Assembly: GCA_002269645.1 (NCBI GenBank)
Contig: NIVC01002677.1
Coordinates: forward strand, 1 to 64,000
Origin: Macrostomum lignano
Lineage: Eukaryota
Reading direction: 5' to 3'
Length of the DNA stretch: 64,000 bases
In this document: one piece after another, positions 1-10,774 of the stretch
Layout of the letters: every line of letters starts with the position of its first letter
Numbering within the stretch: the first letter of the stretch is position 1
Position numbers and translations under genes: made by a program
The notes under the pieces: model-generated
The model's database searches: none
Seen by the model: only the letters and a program-made list of their open reading frames with translations
Told to the model about the DNA's origin: nothing

Positions 1-1432
1 TTTTGAGTTTAGGGGTCCGCAATCAGGATGCATTTTGAGTTGGGATCCGCAATCAGGATGCCATTTGAGTTTAGGGGGATCCGCAATCAGGATGCATTTT
101 GAGTTTAGGGGATCCGCAATCAGGATGCCATTTTGAGTTTAGGGGGATCCGCAATCAGGATGCATTTTGAGTTTAGGGGGATCCGCAATCAGGATGCATT
201 TTGAGTTTAGGGGGATCCGCAATCAGGATGCATTTTGAGTTTAGGGGATCCAATCAGGATGCATTTTGAGTTTAGGGGATCCGCAATCAGGATGCCATTT
301 TGAGTTTAGGGGATCCGCAATCAGGATGCCAGTTTGAGTTTAGGGGATCCGCAATCAGGATGCCATTTTGAGTTTAGGGGATCCGCAATCAGGATGCAGT
401 TTTGAGTTTAGGGGATCCGCAATCAGGATGCCATTTTGAGTTTAGGGGGATCCGCAATCAGGATGCATTTTGAGTTTAGGGGGATCCGCAATCAGGATGC
501 TTTTGAGTTTAGGGGGATCCGCAATCAGGATGCTAGTTTCAGTTTAGGGGATCCGCAATCAGGATGCCATTTTGAGTTTAGGGATCCGCAATCAGGATGC
601 TAGTTTCAGTTTAGGGGGATCCGCAATCAGGATGCTAGTTTCAGTTTAGGGGGATCCGCAATCAGGATGCTAGTTTCAGTTTAGGGGGATCCGCAATCAG
701 GATGCCAGTTTGAGTTTAGGGGGATCCGCAATCAGGATGCCATTTGAGTTTAGGGGATCCGCAATCAGGATGCTATTTTGAGTTTAGGGGGATCCGCAAT
801 CAGGATGCTAGTTTCAGTTTAGGGGGATCCGCAATCAGGATGCTAGTTTCAGTTTAGGGGGATCCGCAATCAGGATGCAGTTTGAGTTTAGGGGGATCCG
901 CAATCAGGATGCTAGTTTCAGTTTAGGGGGATCCGCAATCAGGATGCTAGTTTCAGTTTAGGGGGATCCGCAATCAGGATGCCATTTTGAGTTTAGGGGG
1001 ATCCGCAATCAGGATGCCATTTCAGTTTAGGGGATCCGCAATCAGGATGCTAGTTTCAGTTTAGGGGGATCCGCAATCAGGATGCCAGTTTCAGTTTAGG
1101 GGGATCCGCAATCAGGATGCTAGTTTCAGTTTAGGGGATCCGCAATCAGGATGCCAGTTTGAGTTTAGGGGATCCGCAATCAGGATGCCAGTTTCAGTTT
1201 AGGGGGATCCGCAATCAGGATGCTAGTTTCAGTTTAGGGGATCCGCAATCAGGATGCTAGTTTCAGTTTAGGGGGATCCGCAATCAGGATGCTAGTTTCA
1301 GTTTAGGGGGATCCGCAATCAGGATGCCATTTGAGTTTAGGGGGATCCGCAATCAGGATGGCGTTTGAGTTTAGGGGATCCGCAATCAGGATGTCATTTT
1401 GAGTTGAGAGGGATCCGCAATCAGGATGTCAT
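1..1432. repeat. Tandem satellite, ~34-35 bp unit (TTTGAGTTTAGGGGGATCCGCAATCAGGATGCCA), ~40 copies
   Basis: Unit directly visible, with a BamHI site and one TTTAGGG per unit. Homopolymer lengths vary from copy to copy. The array runs off the window start. Confidence 0.97.
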
Positions 1433-1641
1433 TTGAACCTATGAGTCTAAAATGAAGATGCTATTTAGATTGAAAATCTACGAGATACAGAAAAGTAATA
1501 TTTAAATTAAGCACACACAGGAGAACAAAAATTCCAATAAAACTGATCCAGTATGATTTATTGAATTCGCGTACAACGCCGCAGACAGTCTAACACAGTC
1601 ATCAGGTTACTAAAGTACATTGAGAGTTACAAAATTCAAAG

Positions 1642-2349
1642 CTACCATTTCGCGGCAGCTTTACTAGCCCTGGCGTGCATATTGCCATACACTTTGCTAG
1701 GCGGACTGCCCAGAATGAGGTCGCACACTGTACGCTTGGCCGCTTGAACATTGTCGTAGGCGCCAGTATGTGAATAGTGTGATCGGCCACCACTATGCGA
1801 GTCTTGGTGGCATTCTCTATCATGAATTTTGTCCGGCCACTCTTGCCAGCCACCCGGCCGATTGCGCGGACACGTGATCGCCTTTCAGCGAGGGCTTCAC
1901 GTCCGCCACGGTGAACGTGTCGATGTAGAGATCGTCCAGCCTGACTAGCGCCAGCGCGTCGCCAATCTGGAAGCCTTTAACGAAAGCGTCAACCAAATCG
2001 GCGCCTTTCTGCAGGTGGCCGTCGTCTTTGGTCAGGGGCGAATTGCGCAGCTCAACAGCCAGACTGGACGGCGTGTGATGCAGCGGCACTGCAGGTTGAG
2101 CTGCTCAACCAGTATGCGGCACAGCTCCGGCCATTGCTGACGCAGAGGAGTTCGCCGATTAGGCGGGATCACAATGCTGCGCTTCTCAACAAACGGGCGA
2201 GACCGCTTAGCCAATGGCGGCAGCATTTCAATATCGGCGGCCGCGGCATCTGCCTGCTGCTGCTGCTGTCGCTTACGCTTCAGACCGCCGCCAGCTGCTG
2301 GAGCTGGGGCTGGGGCTGCTGCTGCTGCTGGGGCTGTGTCGGTCTCCAT
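1642..2349 (-). CDS. PNO1: RNA-binding protein PNO1/DIM2 (KH-domain 40S assembly factor), intronless, with three apparent single-base frameshifts
   Basis: Three ORF pieces plus a fourth frame join into a typical PNO1: IPPNRRTPLRQQW..LVEQLNLQCR / AVELR..KGADLVDAFVKGFQIGDALALVRLDDLYIDTFTVADVKPSLKGDHVS / RAIGRVAGKSGRTKFMIENATKTRIVVADHTIHIL / GAYDNVQAAKRTVCDLILGSPPSKVYGNMHARASKAAAKW*. ATG at 2349, TAG at 1642-1644. Confidence 0.9.
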
Positions 2350-3224
2350 GGCTTAAAGAGGGCAAAAAAATCATTAAAATCAGTGGGTCATTTAAATTTA
2401 AACTCTTTTTTAACAAGTACAAGAGGCCTAATCCTGAATAGTTTTATCTTCAGCAGACATTCAACAGATTTTACTAGGAAACGAGGTGACAAAATTTCAA
2501 TTTGCTTTTTTAATTTATAGTCTTATGACTAGAGATAGAATGATATTCTAATCAAAAAATTATTGATCTTGTCTAGACTCAACTCTTAACACATTAGGCA
2601 CAAAAGTATCTACATAAAATAAAAAAGGTGGGTGAAAACTAACTTACGATAACTTTGCAAAAAAAATTGATTTGATTTTGTTGCCAAGTTGTGTCAACTT
2701 TTATCATGACAAGCTAATGACATGGTAGAAAAACAAAATATGTTTGTAGGACTAGGTAAAAGTCTGTCAAATATGATAACAGTTTCCCCTTGGGTATTGA
2801 GTCTCTAGTTGACAAGCTGCAAATACAACTTGAATTTGTTACTTTGGAAAACAATGGCTGGAAAACCAGCTGCACCAACATTATTTCTACGAATTGAAAA
2901 ATTGCACAGTCCACAAGAATCCAAAAAGACAATTGTTAACTAGCAAAACATCTTGCAGGGCATTTGCTGTGAGTTTGTAGAGTACCACCCAATGTAGCTT
3001 AGTGGCCTGTGACACAACATTAGGATTGATATTATTTTTATTTTATAGGAAATACTGCTAGAGCGAGGGTGCCTTAGATGACAAACTGGTAAGATGATGA
3101 AGTGTCCAGGAACCTCTTGAGTAGAGTTATTCCTCCCAATGGCCTAGTCCTAGCCTCTTGAGTTATTCCTCCCAATGGCCTAGTCTATTAGACTATTAGA
3201 ATATATTAGTCTATTAGGCCTACA

Positions 3225-3387
3225 GTCATTTTGGTGACAAGATGTTTCGGTGACAAACAAAAGTCATTTCAGTGACAAGAAAAATACATTTTGGTGATAT
3301 AGCCATTTTTTAATAGAAAATTAAGGCCTACCTTGAAAATCTTAATGGATATGAACCTAAACCAAAACAACTTGTCACCAAAATGAC
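3225..3387. mobile_element. Small MITE-like element with 17-bp perfect terminal inverted repeats
   Basis: GTCATTTTGGTGACAAG (3225-3241) and CTTGTCACCAAAATGAC (3371-3387). Related GTCA(C/T)TTCGTCAT motifs are scattered over 3050-5990. Confidence 0.65.
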
Positions 3388-3505
3388 CAGTACCCCAGTT
3401 GAAATACCCCAGTCATTTCATCATCTGCCATTTCATCATCTGGGTGTCTGGGGTGCTCACCTCAACTATGGTCACTTCGACACTTTGTCATCTTAATGGA
3501 TTCAA

Positions 3506-5277
3506 CCTACTTTGGCAAAGGAATTTTTGGTGAAAGTCAATAATGACAAAAAAGACTTGCAGTGACCATTTCATCTAAAATTGATCCACTTTGGCAAAGG
3601 GTTATTTTTATTATTGGCAAAAGGCAAGCAATTATGCATTATATGCAGAGTAATTGTAACAAATTTAAAAATTGGTATCTATAAATAAAAAACAATTAAA
3701 ATGAACAAATTGAGCAATTAAAATTGATTACTAAAATTAAAAGTCATTTGGGCCAAGACATTTAAAATAAAGTTAAATATATCCATTGTCATTGTACGTG
3801 TATTACAAAGTTAGGGTGCATTTAGGCAACTACACTTCTCCAACGGATGTTGATATTTTGTGGCCTAGCCTGGCCAGCTGTGGCCTGGGCTGGGCCACAG
3901 CTTGATCACTTAATATAACAACTACATAATAATATTTTGCTGTAACCAGTTAAACAGGCAAACGAAATTTATATACCTGTTCTTCTAATCAAAATTTAAT
4001 CTAGATCAGTTAATAAAAAAGATTGAAGATTTTTACACATTCCTATAGGTGCTTTTTTCAAGAGAAAATCATCTTTTCAAAATGGACTTATTATTAGAAA
4101 TGTGAATTATGGCTATTAAGACATTGACTTTGACATTGAGCCAACTGTATTAAGATTGCTTGCTTCCTATATGCAGCCTGCCTGTGTCCTACCTGTATCT
4201 ACCTATTTCTTGTACCTATACCTATACCTGTACTTGTACCTATATTTCTTGTACCTGTTTCTACCTAAATTCTTGTTTCTTCATGTTCTGTTTATTATTG
4301 TCTATATTTTTGTGCTGAAGGTAGAATACCTAGGCCTATTGTTATCTATCTAGAATAAATATATCTAGTACGTGAAGAACATGAAATTCTTGTTCCTTCA
4401 TGTTCCATTTATTACTGTCTATATTTTTGTGCTAAAAGTAGAATACTTAGTTATTATACTACTACCCTTAAACATTTAGGGTCCATGAAGAACAGAAAAT
4501 TCTTGTTCAAGGCATTATTGTTTTCATTTTTTGTGCTGAAAGTAGCCTATTATTAACCTTCTACTTGTAGACTAAGCATCTATGGTCCATGAATAACATG
4601 AACTATATGCTTATGCTACGTTTTTAATTTTTTCTAGGCTTTTATCGGGGATCTGTATTACAAATTTTTGCCCAATAGGCCATTGCTGGATTTCATTCCT
4701 AAAGATATTGTTGTCAGCATTGAACTGTCTATCTGCTGCCTGTGTCCGTGGTGCTGCTAGTATCCTTGGCATAAAATTTGCTACTGGCAAAATTCAAATT
4801 GTGAAAGGTACTTCATTTCAATACCTGACTGAAGATAGTAATGCACTTGCATACAGTAATGGTATAGGCTAGCCATCTTTCACACTCAAAGTATGGAAGC
4901 TGATTGCCATCAGGATTTTTTAAAGCAGTGCAAGGCTATAGAAGCGGGTAAGGTGTGGCTTGAAAGCAATGGATGGAAGGTTGTTGACAAGGAAATATGT
5001 TGGCTGTCTATTGTGAAACACAAATCAAAGGCATTGAGGCATCTTGAATTGGCCTCATTGTCTTTGCCAGTGGAATTAATTTCTATATTGAACATTTCTA
5101 TCGCCTGCATTCAGCAGTTGCAAGCCAAAATTTGTGTAGCTATAAAGGTACACAACATGTATAAGTATCTTTTTGCCAAGATGGTTAATTTCTTTCACCA
5201 AAATGTGCATCTATGTAGACGAAAAATTCATCTTCACCAAAATGTCTTTCGCCAAAAGTTCCTTTGCCGAAATGGGC
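3506..5277 (-). mobile_element. Possible highly degenerate DNA transposon (hAT-like remnant)
   Basis: Inverted ~34-bp segments at 3506-3539 and 5243-5277 (~80% similar). The minus strand near 4720-4790 reads LPVANFMPRILAAPRTQAADRQF, resembling the hAT dimerisation motif (xLAxPATQxxxERxFS). No intact ORF. Confidence 0.3.
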
Positions 5278-5556
5278 TGCACCCATCTTAATTAGCATGC
5301 ACTACCTGAAGAGAGTCATTTCATCATCCATAAATCATATTATTAATATTAGTTTCAACTTCAAGTGAATTAATGTGGCAATCAAACATATTTACTTTGA
5401 ACCCTTATGATCCCAGTCATTTTGTCATCTCAATTGATAAAACCTATCAATCGATCAGTTCTGCTTGCCGCAGCTTATAATTATTATTAAACAAAAAAAC
5501 TGTTTACACTAACTTAACTCCCACAAAGATGATTGGTTGATGACGAAGTATCCAAC

Positions 5557-5858
5557 CAGGGTTTTTTGTGCGCAGAGTGTGTGTATGCACCCTAAATTTT
5601 AAAATCGCACCCTGAAATTAAAAAAGTAGGTGCGGCACTGCCTTAAATATGAAACAAAATAACTCTTAAAATCCAATTAAGTCATATAGGCAATATAGCC
5701 TATGGCTATAGTATAGCCTTATGTAAGATATTAAAATATACATTCCCAGTTGTCTGAAACAAGACTCAAGAGAAGTTGCACTCTGAGCCTTAAAATTGCA
5801 CCTTGAAATTTGGCACAAGGTGCGATTTAGCACCTTGTCTCTGGCGAAAAAAACCCAG
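5557..5858. mobile_element. Non-autonomous hAT-type MITE (302 bp)
   Basis: TIRs CAGGGTTTTTT / AAAAAACCCAG (one mismatch). Exact 8-bp TSD TATCCAAC at 5549-5556 and 5859-5866; an 8-bp TSD is characteristic of hAT. Confidence 0.85.
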
Positions 5859-6526
5859 TATCCAACATAACTAAATATTTGGTCACTTCGTCATATTATT
5901 TTTCAAGCTACTTTGCTTCTGGTCACTTCGTCATCCGATATGACGAAATGGAATAGGCCCTATAACGATCTGACCAGTGACCGCACAACTGTGGATATCG
6001 GCATAGCTTGTAAGTGTAAGCAAAAATATTTAGATAGATATATAATATACTTTACTCCCTGTCTGAAATTAAAACTGCGGGACAACTTTGTTTTTACTGA
6101 AAATGCAACTTAGTTTGCATTAAGTGCACTAAGCAAGTAAATCCCACTTGTGCTACGTAGTAACGTAAGATACGTGCAGTGTGCATTCATTTACAATTAA
6201 ATATAAATTTCAGATACAAGTTTTTTAATGTTTTAAATTAATGCATTGTTTAAGTAGGTATTTGTTAGGCCTAGCAAAATACGTTTTTATTTTTATCAAC
6301 ACAAGCTTTTTGTAAGGTGATTCCATGTTACTTTTATTTTCTAAAAAGCGTTGCTAACTCCACATTTACAAATTTAACATTGTTTTAAATAACGAAAAAC
6401 AAGCCACAAAAAAATCAGGAAAATTAAGGTTTAAAATGCAAAAAATATGGTATGTATTCTATATATAATACAGCAATTATTTTTGCTGTATTTACGTCAT
6501 TATGGTTTAAAATAAAATTAGGCAAC

Positions 6527-6725
6527 TGTGGCGGTGACGCCACACGCGCGTATGCGCTCCAGCAGCCACCCCAACCCCGGCCGGGGAGGCCGGCGCTATG
6601 TGCACGGTCGCTGTGCGTTGATTGGCTGCCCAGCGTACACCGCTGGCCTATATAACTTTAGACTTTTGTCTCGCGCGCCTCCACCCTGCTACTTCAAATA
6701 AATTTACGTGGCTTAACTCGCCACA
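6527..6725 (+). repeat. 5' LTR
   Basis: Starts TGTGG and ends CCACA. Contains ATTGG, TATATAA and AATAAA. About 95% identical to 10574-10774. Confidence 0.95.
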
Positions 6726-6726
6726 T

Positions 6727-6739
6727 TGGTCAGCCCGAC
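6727..6739 (+). promoter_or_regulatory. Primer-binding site TGGTCAGCCCGAC (tRNA-Trp-like)
   Basis: Lies 1 nt after the 5' LTR and starts TGG. Two mismatches to the TGGTGACCCCGAC PBS typical of CsRn1-like elements. Confidence 0.75.
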
Positions 6740-6772
6740 TCTCAACCGCCTGTTTGAGAATAACTCCTCAGT

Positions 6773-7465
6773 ATGTCAACTGAGTCTGCGGTAGCCCTCA
6801 AGCTGCCCACGTTCTGGGCCAGCCAGCCTCGCGCCTGGTTCATCCAGGCAGAGGCGCAATTCGTCCTCCGCAACATCACGCAAGATGCTACCAAATACTT
6901 TCACCTCGTAGCCGCGCTGGACCAGCAGTCAGCCGAGCGCCTGCTGGACGTGCTTGAGACACCGCCGGCTGAGAATAAGTACTATACTCTCAAGGCCCGC
7001 CTCCTCGGCACATTCGGCCTGACACAGCAACAGCGTGCCAGCCGGCTGCTCAACCTGGCCGGCCTCGGTGACCGCCGCCCGTCCGAGCTCATGGACGAGA
7101 TGCTGGCCCTGCTCGGCAACGATCGGCCCTGCATGCTCTTCGAGGAGCTTTTCCGCCAGCAGATGCCGGCCGACATTTGCATGGCACTCGTCTCCGTGGA
7201 TTTCGCTGACCCGCGCGCAGTTGCTTGACTCGCGGATGAACTCTGGGCGAGCAGGGCACAGCCCGCGGCCACCGCCACCCTGCCGCCAGAGCACCCGCCG
7301 GTAGTTGCTGCCACCGCCCGCCCGGCTTGCGCCAAGCCGAAGCAGCACCAGCCGAGGGAGGCCGACGGCCTCATCTGTTTCTTCCACCGGAAGTTCGGCG
7401 CCAAGGCCCGGCGTTGCGAGCCGCCCTGCCAGTTCTCGGGAAACGGGCCGGCCGGCCGTCAGTGA
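6773..7465 (+). pseudogene. gag: gag with in-frame TGA at 7226-7228
   Basis: LKLPTFWASQPRAWFIQAEAQF..TKYFHLVAAL N-terminus. Past the TGA the same frame continues LADELW...[18 protein letters not shown] (Cx2Hx9Cx3C) to TGA at 7463-7465. Confidence 0.9.
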
Positions 7466-7482
7466 ACGCCTCGACGGCCGGC
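7438..7482 (+). promoter_or_regulatory. -1 programmed ribosomal frameshift signal (gag-pol)
   Basis: G GGA AAC heptamer in gag frame (7438-7444), 6-nt spacer, then a perfect 10-bp stem GCCGGCCGTC / GACGGCCGGC (7451-7460, 7473-7482). pol is in the -1 frame. Confidence 0.85.
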
Positions 7483-10400
7483 AGCAACAACCTCCTGCTC
7501 ATCCCCGACGTGGCCACGGGCCGGCGCTTCTTGGTCGACACCGGCGCTGAGGTGAGCATTTTTCCTGTCTCGGGGGTAGACGCCCGCTCGCACACACCCG
7601 GCCCGCCGCTTTTCGCGGCCAACGGCAGCCCGATCCGGACGTTCGGCAGCCGGACGCTGACGCTCGACCTCGGCGTCAAGGCCTGCACCTGGCCGTTCAT
7701 CCTGGCCGAGTTGTCACGGCCGTTGATCGGCGCGGACTTCCTGCGGCACCTCGGCCTACTGGTGGACATGCCAAACCGCCGTCTGCTCGACACTAGCTCG
7801 CTGTCCAGCTCCCACCTGCTGCTCGGGTCCGGCCTGGCACCTCAGCTCGCCGCCGCCGTCGCTGGGGACCCGTACAGCCAGCTGCTCGCGGAGTTCCCGA
7901 CGCTGACGGAGCCGAGTTTCCAGAAAGCCCGGCCGCTCCACGGGGTCCAACATCATGTTTCTACGACGGGCCCCCCTGTCCACGCCCGGGCGCGCCGCCT
8001 GCCGCCTGACAAGCTGGCGGTGGCCAAGGAGGAACTCGGCAACCTGGAGCAGCTGGGCATCGTGCGGCGGTCCTGCAGCCCCTGGTCGTCGCCGCTGCAC
8101 ATGGTGCCAAAGGCCTCCGGGGGTTGGCGGCCCTGCGGCGATTTCCGGCGGCTCAACGACGCCACGGTGCCCGACCGCTACCCGGTGCCACACATTCAGG
8201 ACTTTTCTGCGCGGCTGTCCGGGTGCAACATTTTCTCCAAGATCGACCTGGTGCGGGGCTACCACCAGATCCCGGTTGCCGAGGCCGACATCGCCAAGAC
8301 GACCGTCATCACGCCATTCGGCCTGTTCGAGTTTCTCCGGATGCCATTCGGACTCAAAAACGCCGCCCAGGCCTTCCAACGGCTGATTGACACGGTCTGC
8401 CAGGGCTTGGACTTCGTGTTCGCCTATATCGACGACTTCCTAGTGGCGAGCAGCGGCCCTCAGCAGCATCTGGAGCACCTGCGCACGCTGTTTCAGCGCC
8501 TGGCAGACAACGGCCTCCTCATCAATCCAGCCAAGTGCCAGTTTGGCCGCAGCGAAATCGACTTTCTAGGCCACCGCATCGACAGCCGGGGCGCGATGCC
8601 GCTGCCAGACAAAGTCGAAGCCATCGCCCGATTCGCTCCGCCCGCGACCGTCAAGGGCCTGCAAGAGTTTGCCGGCATGGTGAACTTCTATCACCGGTTC
8701 GTGCCGCGGGCCGCCCAGTTGCTGCGCCCCATCTACGGTGCCCTGGCCAGCAAGGACAAGATCGTTCAGTGGACACCGGAGCTGACGGACGCCTTCAACA
8801 GCACGAAGCAGGCCCTGGTTGACGCGACCATGCTTGCGCACCCGGAGCCCGACGCCCTAACGGCGCTGACGGTCGACGCCTCGGACACCGCCATCGAGGC
8901 GGTTCTGGAGCAGCGTTTCGGCGAGGCCTGGCGGCCACTCGCCTTCTTCAGCCGCCAACTGCGACCGGCTGAACAAAAGTACAGCGCGTTCGACCGGGAG
9001 TTACTCGCTCTCTATCTGGCCACGCGGCATTTCCGCTACTTTTTGGAAGGCCGCATCTTCACCGCCTACACCGACCACAAACCCCTGGTCGCGGCCATGG
9101 CCAAGTTGTCGGATCCCTGGTCAGCGCGCCAGCAGCGGCACCTCGCATACGTGTCGGAGTTCACCACCGACATCCGGCACGTGGCGGGCAAGGACAATCC
9201 GGTGGCCGACGCCCTGTCCCACTGCACCATCGCCTCTGTGCAGCCGCTGCTCCCCGGCATCGACTACGCGGCCCTGGCACGCGCGCAGCGAGCAGACGAT
9301 CCCGCGCTCGCCGGCACCGGCCTGCGGCTCGAGCGCGTGACGTTGCGTCCCGGCCTGGAGGTCATCTGCGACACCGTGACCGGCCGCCCGCGCCCGCTGG
9401 TGCCCACCGACTTCCGCCGCGCCGTTTTCGACGCAGTCCACGGCCTGGCGCACCCGTCCGTACGCAGTACGCGGCGCCTAGTGTCCGAGAAGTTCGTGTG
9501 GCCGGGAATCAACAGGGACGTCGGCCAATGGGCTCGCAGCTGCATCGCCTGCCAGACGGCTAAGGTGCAGCGCCACGTGACCGCCCCGCCCGCCAGCATC
9601 CGGGTGCCCAGCAGCCGTTTCGCGCACGTCCACATCGACCTTGTCGGACCGCTGCCGCAGTCCCGCGGCTTCACGCACCTGCTGACCGTCGTCGACAGGT
9701 TCTCCCGCTGGCCGGAGGCTTTCCCCTTGGCCGACACTTCCGCTGCCTCCTACGCGTCCGCTTTCATCGCCGGTTGGATCGCCCGCTTCGGCGTGCCCAG
9801 TGACGTCACGTCCGACCGCGGCTGCACCACACCACCGCTTTTCACCCACAGGCTAACGGCCTGGTGGAACGCTTCCCTGATGGCGCGCCTGACCGGACCG
9901 ACTTGGACCGACGAGCTGCCCTGGGCGTTGCTGGGCATCCGCACGGCTCCCAAGGAGGACATCGGCGCCTCCTCGGCCGAGCTGGTCTACGGCGCCCCGC
10001 TGACGGTACCGGGAGAATGCCTGCAGGCCGCGCCACCCGAGGGCTCTTACGACCAGTTCCTGGCCCGGCTACGCAGCGCGGTACAATCGTTCCGGCCGCC
10101 CGATCCAACCTCGCGTCATGGCCGCGTCGCTGCCTCCGTGCCTGCTGCCCTGGAGTCCTGCACGCACGTCTTCATCCGCCGCGACGGCCACCGGCCATCT
10201 CTGCAGCGGCCGTACTTCGGGCCCTTCAAGGTCCTTGAGCGCGGAGACAAGACCTTCCGCCTCGACCTGGGCACGCGGCAGGATCACGTGGCAGTGGACA
10301 GACTCAAGCCTGCGGCGCTCGATCTCGGCGAGGCGATTCCGGCTCCGGCTCTGCGGCCACAAGGCCGCCCCCGCCTGGACGGCCGGCCACAACTGCCACG

Positions 10401-10749
10401 TGGTGGAGACCCTCCGTTTGCAGCTGCGCACCCGCAAGCGCCGCCGGGGCTCCCACCGACGCGCCTCCCACCAGTGCAAGCGACCCGGCCTCCAGCGTCT
10501 GGTCGCCGCCAGCTTCCGCCTCGCCGGTGCCGCCCGACGCGGTTTCGGTCCAGGCCAGCGCTGGGGGGAGCCATGTGGTGGTCACGCCACACGCGCGTAT
10601 GCGCTCCAGCAGCCACCCCCAACCCCGGCCGGGGAGGTCGGCGCCATGTGCATGGTCGCTGTGCGTTGATTGGCTGCCCAGTGTACACCGCTGGCCTATA
10701 TAACTTTAGACTTTTGTCTCGCGCGCCTCCACCCTGCTACTTCAAATAA
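7438..10749 (+). CDS. pol: pol polyprotein (aspartic protease, reverse transcriptase, RNase H, integrase with damaged catalytic core)
   Basis: FLVDTGA (protease); YPVP, FSKIDL and YIDD (RT); VDASD, ELLA and TDHKPL (RNase H); [17 protein letters not shown] and TSDRG (integrase). The third catalytic Glu (GLVERF) is out of frame. Confidence 0.93.
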   Translation, partial: GKRAGRPSVNASTAGSNNLLLIPDVATGRRFLVDTGAEVSIFPVSGVDARSHTPGPPLFAANGSPIRTFGSRTLTLDLGVKACTWPFILAELSRPLIGADFLRHLGLLVDMPNRRLLDTSSLSSSHLLLGSGLAPQLAAAVAGDPYSQLLAEFPTLTEPSFQKARPLHGVQHHVSTTGPPVHARARRLPPDKLAVAKEELGNLEQLGIVRRSCSPWSSPLHMVPKASGGWRPCGDFRRLNDATVPDRYPVPHIQDFSARLSGCNIFSKIDLVRGYHQIPVAEADIAKTTVITPFGLFEFLRMPFGLKNAAQAFQRLIDTVCQGLDFVFAYIDDFLVASSGPQQHLEHLRTLFQRLADNGLLINPAKCQFGRSEIDFLGHRIDSRGAMPLPDKVEAIARFAPPATVKGLQEFAGMVNFYHRFVPRAAQLLRPIYGALASKDKIVQWTPELTDAFNSTKQALVDATMLAHPEPDALTALTVDASDTAIEAVLEQRFGEAWRPLAFFSRQLRPAEQKYSAFDRELLALYLATRHFRYFLEGRIFTAYTDHKPLVAAMAKLSDPWSARQQRHLAYVSEFTTDIRHVAGKDNPVADALSHCTIASVQPLLPGIDYAALARAQRADDPALAGTGLRLERVTLRPGLEVICDTVTGRPRPLVPTDFRRAVFDAVHGLAHPSVRSTRRLVSEKFVWPGINRDVGQWARSCIACQTAKVQRHVTAPPASIRVPSSRFAHVHIDLVGPLPQSRGFTHLLTVVDRFSRWPEAFPLADTSAASYASAFIAGWIARFGVPSDVTSDRGCTTPPLFTHRLTAWWNASLMARLTGPTWTDELPWALLGIRTAPKEDIGASSAELVYGAPLTVPGECLQAAPPEGSYDQFLARLRSAVQSFRPPDPTSRHGRVAASVPAALESCTHVFIRRDGHRPSLQRPYFGPFKVLERGDKTFRLDLGTRQDHVAVDRLKPAALDLGEAIPAPALRPQGRPRLDGRPQLPRGGDPPFAAAHPQAPPGLPPTRLPPVQATRPPASGRRQLPPRRCRPTRFRSRPALGGAMWWSRHTRVCAPAATPNPGRGGRRHVHGRCALIGCPVYTAGLYNFRLLSRAPPPCYFK
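10563..10570 (+). promoter_or_regulatory. Polypurine tract
   Basis: GGGGGGAG, 3 nt before the 3' LTR. Confidence 0.8.
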
Positions 10750-10774
10750 ACTTTATGTGGCTCAACTCGCCACA
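10574..10774 (+). repeat. 3' LTR
   Basis: TGTGG...CCACA followed by the CAAC TSD. Differs from the 5' LTR by 8 substitutions and 2 single-base insertions. Confidence 0.95.

Larger units (their letters stand above)
6527..10774 (+). mobile_element. Full-length Ty3/Gypsy LTR retrotransposon, CsRn1/Kabuki/Boudicca-like clade, inactivated
   Basis: TG...CA LTRs of 199 and 201 bp, 4-bp TSD CAAC (6523-6526, 10775-10778), PBS, PPT, gag with a CHCC box, and pol in the order PR-RT-RNaseH-IN. Confidence 0.97.

Noticed and set aside
1-1432. True telomere
   Set aside because: TTTAGGG occurs once per 35-bp unit, not as a tandem hexamer or heptamer tract.
6929-10688. Many antisense and alternate-frame ORFs within the retroelement
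   Set aside because: Expected from the high GC content of gag-pol; no recognisable motifs, except the out-of-frame integrase piece reported separately.
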